A stretch of DNA of 64,000 bases from positions 1 to 64,000 of the IMG/VR virus record IMGVR_UViG_2974704529_000001; one strand, written 5' to 3'. Source of the stretch: a virus. Taxonomy: Duplodnaviria; Caudoviricetes. The notes under the pieces are model-generated. The model had not been told where the DNA came from, searched no databases, and was given only the letters and a program-made list of their open reading frames with translations. Shown here piece after piece: positions 56,761 to 64,000 of this stretch. Position 1 is the stretch's first letter. Each line of letters starts with the position of its first letter. The position numbers and the translations under genes were made by a program.

Positions 56761-58041
56761 GTGAGCTTTGACGCTCCGGAGAACGCTAACTACGCGGCGA
56801 CAATCGTTAAGCTGCCGCAGGGCGTCCTCCTAGACGGCCTGGACAACTTGGTCGGCGTGCCCATGTTCGGGTACCAGGCGCTCACTCAGAAAGAGGGCTA
56901 CGAGCTGGGCGCGCTGCGGGTGCTGTTCATGGCTGAGACTCAGCTAGACACTGAGTATGCGCGGCAGAGCAACCTGTTCCGTGAGGCCACGCTGAACCGG
57001 GACGCGAGCGCGACCGGCTACCTAGAGCCGAATGCCCGCGTTAAGGCGCTGCGGCTGCGTAAGCACCAGTCGGACGCGCTGCTGATGCCGGTGTCGTCGC
57101 TGGCCTATACCGGCTACGACGTGTCGACGCTCAAGCCGGGGGACACGTTCGACAAGCTGAACGGTCACACGATCTGCCGGAAGTACGTCCCGAAGGGTAA
57201 GAAGCAGGCCACTCAGGGCCAGCCCAAGGTTCGTAAGCAGGTTGATGAGCGGCTGTTCCCGAAGCACCTGGACACGGAACATCTGTTCCGGAACCTGCAT
57301 TACTTCCGTGACGCTAAGCGCCTGGTGGTGACGCAGAAGTTGCACGGCACGAGCTGGCGCGGCGGCAATGTCCCGGTCAACCGGACTAAGGGTCGGTTTG
57401 AGCGGTTCCTGAACCGGCTGGGTGTTGTCACTCCTGACACGGAGTACAAGCACGTCTACGGCTCTCGGAACGTGGTTAAGGGCCGGTCGGAGAACAACCA
57501 CTACTACAAGACCGATTTGTGGTCGAAGTTCGGCGCGAAGCTTGACGGCAAGATTCCGGAGAACTTCATCATTTACGGCGAGCTGGTCGGGTGGGTTAGC
57601 GAGGATGAGCCGATCCAGAGGGGTTACACCTACGACCTGCCGCCGGGTGAGTGCGAGCTTTACGTGTACCGGGTAGCGACGGTGAACCCTAAGGGTGTTA
57701 TCGCTGACCTGTCATGGGAAGGCGTTAAGGACTTCTGCCGGACGTTGGAACTTAAGACGGTGCCAGAGTTCGGGTACGACACTGAGCATCTTCCGAATCA
57801 GGAGTCGGAGGAGTTGTTCATTGAGGATTACCAGGAAACCTATCTAGATCGGCGCTACGCGGACGATTACCCGACCGGTGGGTATCTGCCGCTGAGTGAC
57901 CGTAAGACGGTTGACGAGGGTGTCTGCGTCCGTATCGAGGGCCAGATTCCCCACGTCTTTAAGGCTAAGTCTCCGAAGTTCCTTGAGCACGAGACTAAGC
58001 AGTTGGATAAGGGAGAGGTTGACCTTGAGTCGGTGGCTTAA
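56761..58041 (+). CDS. ATP-dependent RNA ligase (Rnl2/DRB0094-like)
   Basis: Motif I TQKLHGTS, IIYGELVG, YVYRV, EGVCVR, FKAKSPKFL; N-terminal extra domain. Confidence 0.8.
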   Translation: MSFDAPENANYAATIVKLPQGVLLDGLDNLVGVPMFGYQALTQKEGYELGALRVLFMAETQLDTEYARQSNLFREATLNRDASATGYLEPNARVKALRLRKHQSDALLMPVSSLAYTGYDVSTLKPGDTFDKLNGHTICRKYVPKGKKQATQGQPKVRKQVDERLFPKHLDTEHLFRNLHYFRDAKRLVVTQKLHGTSWRGGNVPVNRTKGRFERFLNRLGVVTPDTEYKHVYGSRNVVKGRSENNHYYKTDLWSKFGAKLDGKIPENFIIYGELVGWVSEDEPIQRGYTYDLPPGECELYVYRVATVNPKGVIADLSWEGVKDFCRTLELKTVPEFGYDTEHLPNQESEELFIEDYQETYLDRRYADDYPTGGYLPLSDRKTVDEGVCVRIEGQIPHVFKAKSPKFLEHETKQLDKGEVDLESVA

Positions 58042-58200
58042 GGCCATTGTCGCGGGTGCCGCAGTGTTGGCAGCTTTCGGGCTGTCAGCCTGCGGCGCTT
58101 CCGTGCCTGCCAATACATACAAGCAGAAATTGCCAGACGGTCGCACCGTTCAGTGCGTCACGAGTGGTCCCGCTATTAGCTGCGATTGGAGCAATGCTAA

Positions 58201-58875
58201 GTGATGAACGATACGGTCATTAAGGATCGTTTCAAGGATGCTTTCAAGGCAGCCAAGCTGCGTGAGGTTGAGGCTAAGGCCGACCTTGCGGAGTTGCAGA
58301 CCGGCCAGGCGCAGCGCGCGGAGCGTCATTTCAAGGCGACTGACGACATGGTTCACCAGCACTATTTCATCGGTGGCGTGGACTCTAAGAACGTCGCTGA
58401 GTGCGCGCAGCACCTTGAGTTCTGGCACCGGCTGGACCCGACGTGCGACATGAACATTGAGATTCACTCCGGCGGCGGGGCTGCGCTGGCGGGCCTGAGT
58501 CTGTTCGACAACCTGACGCGCTACAGCTTGCGTGGGGGCGGTCAGCACAAGGTGACCATGACTGTCCGTGGCCTGGCCGCGAGCATGGCGACGGTGCTGG
58601 TTCAGGCTGCCGACGAGCGCGTTATCGGGCCTGAGTCGTTCTTTATGGTTCACGAGCTGTCCGGTAACACGGCGGGCAAGATCGGTGAGCTTGAGGACAC
58701 GATGGCGTTCTACCGGAAGCTCAATACGCGTATCGGTGAGATTTACGTGGAGCGGTCTGGCGGTAAGTGTTCTGCGGATAAGTTCGCGGCGCTGTGGACG
58801 CGTCAGGACGTGTGGCTTAACGCTCAGGAGGCTTTCGATCTGGGCTTTGTGGATCGTATCGAGGGGGTGGTTTAA
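58201..58875 (+). CDS. clpP: ClpP-like protease
   Basis: IHSGGG, GLAASMA (Ser), FMVHE (His), DVWLNAQEA..LGFVD. Confidence 0.88.
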   Translation: MMNDTVIKDRFKDAFKAAKLREVEAKADLAELQTGQAQRAERHFKATDDMVHQHYFIGGVDSKNVAECAQHLEFWHRLDPTCDMNIEIHSGGGAALAGLSLFDNLTRYSLRGGGQHKVTMTVRGLAASMATVLVQAADERVIGPESFFMVHELSGNTAGKIGELEDTMAFYRKLNTRIGEIYVERSGGKCSADKFAALWTRQDVWLNAQEAFDLGFVDRIEGVV

Positions 58876-59481
58876 GTGGAGTACGGCATGAGCGCGGCTG
58901 ACGCTGCATACCGGGACGCCGCTAAGGCTCCCACGTTGACGCTGAATGGCCGTAAGGGCGGGCACGCGGTGCAGCCGCACGAGGTTGCTTTCCAGCCTCA
59001 GGTTGGCGCTAACCCGTTCGCTAATCCCAATGCTGACGTTCCGTCGCGGGTTAAGGCGATTAAGGCGGCGCGCGATTCTGTCGCCGCCTATGGCGAGCGC
59101 CTTGGGCTTAAGGACGCCAAGTACGCGGTGGAGGCCACGTTCCAGTCGGTCGCTGATCAGGGCTTCGTGATCAAGCGGTCGACTGCGGGCGACGAAATCG
59201 AGCTGACCGACGCTGAGAAGAAAGCGGCGCGTAAGGCCATCGGTCAGATTCACGCCAACATGGACGTGAAGCTGCAAGCTGTGTTGGACGCCATTAACCA
59301 CGTGCGGTCTAACGATCCGGTGGGGACGCTGCGTAAGAACAGCAAGGGTGTGTACGCGTTCGCTTTCGAGCCGGGCAAGTGGCTGCTTATCGACGTGGAT
59401 AAGCCTGCTTACAAGTCGGTGGAGACGCCTGCCGATAGCGCGGCTATCCAGAACTCTTGGGAGCTGGTGGTTTCCGGCTAG
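58876..59481 (+). CDS. hypothetical protein
   Basis: 201-aa ORF abutting clpP. Confidence 0.65.
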   Translation: MEYGMSAADAAYRDAAKAPTLTLNGRKGGHAVQPHEVAFQPQVGANPFANPNADVPSRVKAIKAARDSVAAYGERLGLKDAKYAVEATFQSVADQGFVIKRSTAGDEIELTDAEKKAARKAIGQIHANMDVKLQAVLDAINHVRSNDPVGTLRKNSKGVYAFAFEPGKWLLIDVDKPAYKSVETPADSAAIQNSWELVVSG

Positions 59482-59802
59482 TGGTCAATTACCTGTCGGG
59501 GTTGTTCGTGGGCGCGGTCGTTGGGGCCGCGCTCACGGCCTACCTCTTTGCGAGCGGCAAGTTGTCGGTTACCGGCGAGGAGGACTAATGGCTTACAAGG
59601 TGGTTAAGATCACCGGCCCGAACTCCGCGATTGTGGAGCACGAGCCGGGCGAGGTTTTCGAGTACGCGAACATCGGCGGCACCGTTGTGTCGTACGTGCG
59701 GGTGGAACATGCGTTCGGCTGGAACGGCAAGTACCTTGCAGAGTTCGCCACTATCGACCAGCTCCGCACGTGGTGGAATTACGACCGGCTGCCTAAGGCG
59801 TC

Positions 59803-60141
59803 GTGAGTAAGTGGCCGTGGCCTGCGGACACTAAGGACGACCGGTACCGCAGGATCATTGACCACTACCGGTCAGCCCTAGCGGAGATTGACCTAGAGGC
59901 TTGCCTGGTTGTCGATAAGAAAATGGCAGAGTACGGGCAACCGTGGGTGTCTGATAACTCAATTATCGACGTGAACGAAATGCTGAGCGCTAAGCAACTA
60001 TCTGAGCGGTTCGGCATTTCGGAGTGGGACGTGCGGAACTGGGCTAAGCGTCATCCCGACAAGATCAGGCGGCATAAGGCGGCTAACGGTCGGACGTTAT
60101 TCCGTGTCGGGGACGTGCTCACTTTCCATGCGACCCGCTAG
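59803..60141 (+). CDS. HTH DNA-binding protein
   Basis: LSAKQLSERFGISEWDVRNWA...RTLFRVGDV. Confidence 0.7.
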   Translation: MSKWPWPADTKDDRYRRIIDHYRSALAEIDLEACLVVDKKMAEYGQPWVSDNSIIDVNEMLSAKQLSERFGISEWDVRNWAKRHPDKIRRHKAANGRTLFRVGDVLTFHATR

Positions 60142-60188
60142 GGAACTCTTGGTCATGATTTAATTAAAGAGGGGAAAGTTGTACCCAA

Positions 60189-60602
60189 ATGTGGGCTGAT
60201 ATTCCTATTCCAGAACTTAAGGGGTACCAGGCCAGCGACCAAGGCAAGATTCGTGGCCCTCGCAAGGAATTGTCCGAGTGGCCCGACGAGCGGGGCTGTA
60301 TGCGCGTTAAAGCGGCTGGGAGGCCGTGGGCGGTACATCTGCTCATGTTGCTGACGTTCGTTGGCCCTAGGGCTGATGGGGCGGCTCCAAAGTGGCTCAA
60401 CGGCGATCCCACTGACAACCGGCTTGTCAATCTCAAGTGGCAGATGCCGGATGATCCTGAGGTTCAGACGCGGGTCAATCGTTGCCGCAATGGTCACGTG
60501 TACTCACGAGAAAACACAAAGGTATGGGGTTCGGGTCACCGGGTTTGCCTAGATTGCGATAAGGGCGTCCCTAAGGTGATTCAGCTTCCGGAAGTGATTT
60601 AG
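60189..60602 (+). CDS. NUMOD4-HNH protein, apparently degenerate
   Basis: W..IP....YQASDQGKIR (NUMOD4); LNGDPTDNRLVNL lacking the usual preceding His; CRNGH...CLDC. Confidence 0.65.
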   Translation: MWADIPIPELKGYQASDQGKIRGPRKELSEWPDERGCMRVKAAGRPWAVHLLMLLTFVGPRADGAAPKWLNGDPTDNRLVNLKWQMPDDPEVQTRVNRCRNGHVYSRENTKVWGSGHRVCLDCDKGVPKVIQLPEVI

Positions 60603-60645
60603 CGCGCCCGTCCAACGAGGAAACTGGACGGTTCTGGCTGCGCTG

Positions 60646-60689
60646 AGGCGGGTGTCCTGGCGAGGGGTCGGGGCACCCGCCTTTCTCTT
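60646..60689 (+). terminator. intrinsic terminator
   Basis: AGGCGGGTGTCCTGGC-GAGGG-GTCGGGGCACCCGCCT-TTCTCTT. Confidence 0.7.
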
Positions 60690-60700
60690 AAGGGGGTGCG

Positions 60701-60940
60701 GTGAAGCCATCTGACTATGCGTGGTTGGCATTGCTTAGCGCGATTGTCGGATACGAGATTGCGGCACCACCCGGCGAGCTACTTAGTGAAGGCTGGGACC
60801 GCTACTTGCAGAGGTTTCCAATTGGCGCGCGTGTGCTGCCGTTGGTGTTGACCTTGCATGTGATTAATGCGCTGCCTGAACGCTATGACCCGGTTCACCG
60901 GTTGTCTGTGCTGTTCGCGGCGCTTGGGGGAAAGAATTGA
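60701..60940 (+). CDS. small hypothetical protein
   Basis: GELLSEGWDRYL...LTLH..N..P..YDP.H motif seen in actinophages. Confidence 0.6.
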   Translation: MKPSDYAWLALLSAIVGYEIAAPPGELLSEGWDRYLQRFPIGARVLPLVLTLHVINALPERYDPVHRLSVLFAALGGKN

Positions 60941-61290
60941 CCACTAGGGACGCTATTAACCCGTCGCACTACAAAGACGGGTGGTCGGATAACGCTGAGC
61001 TGATCAGCATTACTGAAAACTTGACCAGCTCGGGTGGGCAGGCTGTGCAGTACATTGCACGCGCTACTCGACTGGATACGAGCAAAAACAAGGGTAAGAA
61101 CACACTTGAGTGGATTCAAGACCTAGAGAAGGCTAAGTGGTTCCTTGACCGGGAGATTAAGCGTCTCCGGAGCAAGACTGCGCAGCCGGTTAAGCCGATT
61201 CTCATTAACGAGTATGCGGTGCCGTTTCCTAGCGCGGTCGACCACATGAAGGCGCTGCGCAACGAGTGGCACCCTAGGGCGTTCGCGTGA
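60937..61290 (+). CDS. DUF3310-like protein
   Basis: DAINPSHY...AVQYIARA...K....DLEKAKWFL. Confidence 0.8.
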   Translation: MTTRDAINPSHYKDGWSDNAELISITENLTSSGGQAVQYIARATRLDTSKNKGKNTLEWIQDLEKAKWFLDREIKRLRSKTAQPVKPILINEYAVPFPSAVDHMKALRNEWHPRAFA

Positions 61291-62072
61291 GCGCCCGCGT
61301 CCTAATCCTCGACATTGAGACGCAGCGGGCCGTCGTTGAGACGTTCGGCCTGTTCAAGCAGTTCATTGGGATTGATCAGGTCCAGGTGCCGACGCGTGTC
61401 CTGTGCTGGGCTGCTAAGTGGCGCGGCGAGGATCGCGTGATGTTCAAGGCCGCGTGGGACGACCGCGACGAGGCTGCTTACCGAAGCATGATGCAGGTGA
61501 TGTGGGATGCGCTGGATAGCGCCGACATCGTTGTGACGTGGAACGGTGATCGGTTCGACCTGCAATGGCTTGAGGCTGAGTTCCTACGCCTAGGTATGGG
61601 CCGTCCGCTGCCGTACAAGTCGGTTGACTTGATTAAGACGGTGCGCCGCTGGTTTAAGGGCGGGCTGATGAGCATGAAGCTCGATTGGTCGTCTCGCATG
61701 ATCCTTAAGGATCGCAAGGTTCATCACGGAGGGAGTGACCTCTGGTGGGATATTAGGCACGGTACGCGGGCTGAGAAGCGCGCTGCGCAGAAGATTATGC
61801 GTGAGTACAACGAACATGACGTAGAGCTAACGGCCCGTCTGTTTGAAACTCACTTGCCTTATCGGACTGATCTGAACTTGGCGCTGTATGAGGACACGGT
61901 TGATGACGGTGTTGAGCGTTGCGTTAAGTGCAATAGCGAGAATTTGAAGAAGGATGGCGTGAAGGCTTACGTCACTTCGGCGGGTGTTTATCAGATGTTC
62001 CGCTGTAAGGACTGTGGGGCGACTTCGCGCGGTAAGCGTATTCGCGGCACGACCGAATTGAGGCCGGTGTGA
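61287..62072 (+). CDS. DnaQ/RNase H-like exonuclease with C-terminal zinc ribbon
   Basis: LDIET, TWNGDRFDL, YNEHDV; CVKC...CKDC. Confidence 0.85.
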   Translation: MSARVLILDIETQRAVVETFGLFKQFIGIDQVQVPTRVLCWAAKWRGEDRVMFKAAWDDRDEAAYRSMMQVMWDALDSADIVVTWNGDRFDLQWLEAEFLRLGMGRPLPYKSVDLIKTVRRWFKGGLMSMKLDWSSRMILKDRKVHHGGSDLWWDIRHGTRAEKRAAQKIMREYNEHDVELTARLFETHLPYRTDLNLALYEDTVDDGVERCVKCNSENLKKDGVKAYVTSAGVYQMFRCKDCGATSRGKRIRGTTELRPV

Positions 62073-62762
62073 CGGATACATCTGAGTTCATGCCGGGCGG
62101 CGATCACGCGGGCTGTCGTGTCATGTCCCTAACCCCTGGTGGGCCGTGGGTCTGTATCGGTATGCACTGTGCATTTTGCGGTAAGCCCTGCGGAGCGCAG
62201 GGCCATATGGATTGTTGGGAGAAATCGAAACATGAAGCCAGTGGCGCAGCCGAACCAGTTGCACCAGATGATCGTTAGTTCACTGCTCGACAATAAGCAG
62301 GTGTATGTCCCTGCCCCTAAGGGTGTGGATGGTCCTGGTCATTGGCGGGGCGCGTTGGCGAACAACGTGTCGGAGCTGAACATGGATCGCGCGGCTAAGC
62401 GGTGGCTTAAGTGAGCGACACCGTTTACATGCTGTACGACCCCGACGCCAAAGGTAAGGGTCGTTTCAGCCTAGGTGGGGGTTCGTCCACGCCTAGCGCG
62501 CCTCGTGTGTACGACACGCCAGAGGAGGCGGTGCGGATGCGTAAGCGCTATTTCCCGCGCGCTCTCGTCCTACCGGTGAGGCTTCGCGGCGGTGAGTAAA
62601 GAAGCAGCGTCCCGGCGGCAGGAATTGCGCCGGTCCAACGCGGCGGTCCCACACCGGAACCGTTACCGGGAGCGTAAGGCTGGTCTGATCACTCCTGGCG
62701 GTAATCCGCTGTGTGAAGAGTGCGGGGACTGGTACACAGGACGCCACGATTGCGGGGTGGAC

Positions 62763-63186
62763 GATGCCGGGGAACCTTCGTAAAAAGGGTGGGACTGGCA
62801 AGACTGAGCGTGATTACCTTAGGGCGCGTAACCGCGTACTGAGGCAGTCTCAGATTTGCGCACTCCCAAGTTGCCGAAAGGCAATTGACCTCACCCTTAA
62901 GCCGATCTGCCAGTTCGTGGATACGAGCAAGTACACGGTAGAGACGGCGCACTTGATTCCTTTGGACTGTGGCCCTGAATGTCGGGAGCTTAAGCACTTC
63001 CGTAAGAGCAATCCGTGGGGCAAGTCCGCTAACCACAAAATCTCGGTGGCCTCGTTGCCGCCTGATTCACCACTGTTGGCGTCCGCTAAGAATCTTGAGC
63101 CTATGCACTTGAAGTGTAATCAGGAGCTTGGAGACGGCAAAAACGCTAAGCCTCGGAATAAGACTTCGAGAGATTGGTTCGCATAG
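62763..63186 (+). CDS. HNH endonuclease (possibly packaging-associated)
   Basis: QICALPSC, SANHKIS, NLEPMHLKCN. Confidence 0.7.
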
Positions 63187-63404
63187 TGTCGGATAATTCT
63201 TCGCCCGACGACCAGGGCAATATCATGGTCGGGGAGCTGCGCATCGTTCAGTACATTGACGGTGACGGCACCCTTAATACCGTGGATTTGTCTCAGGGGC
63301 CGGGTGGCGCTGAGCTTGAGGACGAGGCGTATTCGCAGTTGCTCGATTGGGGCCACGCGTTCACGTTGGCTCCGAAGGTGGCGGCGATTCTCGCTAATGA
63401 GTGA
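63174..63404 (+). CDS. hypothetical protein
   Basis: ORF track; coupled to neighbours. Confidence 0.5.
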   Translation: MVRIVSDNSSPDDQGNIMVGELRIVQYIDGDGTLNTVDLSQGPGGAELEDEAYSQLLDWGHAFTLAPKVAAILANE

Positions 63405-63650
63405 GGTTTACACGTCGGAGGTTTTCGCGCGCTGTTTGGAGTGCGACGATTCGATCCGGCAGGGCGATGAGATTACTGAGTATGCGGGGGAGCTGTTTCA
63501 TGCCGAGTGCGTCTAAGGTCAAGCGGCCTTGCGTGGAGTGCGGCAAGTCAGTTCCTACAGATCGTTTCCATAAGATTTATGGGCGCGGTTGGAGCAAGCT
63601 ATTTCATGTGGAGTGCGCCCCAGATCAAATAGAAGCCACCGGGACGCGTC

Positions 63651-63854
63651 ATGTCGAATAGCTGGACGGACCATATGCGGTCGCTGCTAGGACAGCAGGT
63701 TGTGGTTGTGCTCAATCGTGAGCCGCTAGCTGCGGTTGTCGGTGAGCTGTTGTCGTTTGACGAGGGCGGCGAGGTCGTCATTCGTGACGATGGCGGCTTT
63801 GTGCGTTGGTGCTGGCCTGCATTGGAGGCAGAGCGTCGTGGAGTTCAAAGCTAA
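63651..63854 (+). CDS. small beta-rich hypothetical protein
   Basis: LLGQQVVVVL...VGELLSFDEGGEVVI (Sm/SH3-like spacing). Confidence 0.5.
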   Translation: MSNSWTDHMRSLLGQQVVVVLNREPLAAVVGELLSFDEGGEVVIRDDGGFVRWCWPALEAERRGVQS

Positions 63855-64000
63855 GTGCTGTACGCCAGGACATGACTGGTGTGATCCGTGCTGCGTGTGT
63901 GGTGAGCCGGAGGGCATTAATGAGCGGCCTGATCTTGCGCCGCCGTCGAATCCGGTTCCGTCGCGTATCAAGCGGAAGATCAATAATCCTTGGCCGACCG

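Overview
The window is about 64 kb of a temperate actinobacteriophage (siphovirus) genome, roughly 60% GC by eye. The major capsid sequence and gene order recall cluster L-like mycobacteriophages; this is from memory and unverified. 0.5-25.3 kb is a rightward virion operon: terminase, portal, MuF-like, scaffold, capsid, head-tail proteins, major tail, tail chaperones with a GGGAAAG -1 frameshift, a 1703-aa tape measure with an NlpC/P60 domain, and minor tails. 25.3-28.7 kb is the lysis cassette. 28.7-31.2 kb is a leftward accessory operon (RlaP-like nucleotidyltransferase, Lsr2). 31.4-34.9 kb holds attP, tyrosine integrase, repressor, Cro and Xis with palindromic operators. 35-64 kb is a rightward early region with recombination/replication genes, three WhiB paralogs, a Prs-like + NAMPT-like pair (NARP1-type NAD reconstitution), Pnkp, RNA ligase and ClpP. 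The most notable signal is a Ro60/TROVE-like (DUF2828-type) gene followed by three tandem structured RNA units. They share a conserved 5' TGTGG-stem-T(A)ACAGCAA motif and have covarying closing stems. The middle unit carries a circularly permuted tRNA-Asn(GUU)-like module that keeps all four arms. A second enlarged tRNA-like RNA lies at 36.0 kb, and a dispersed RNA-repair gene set surrounds both. All protein family calls come from motif recognition by eye; no database searches were run.
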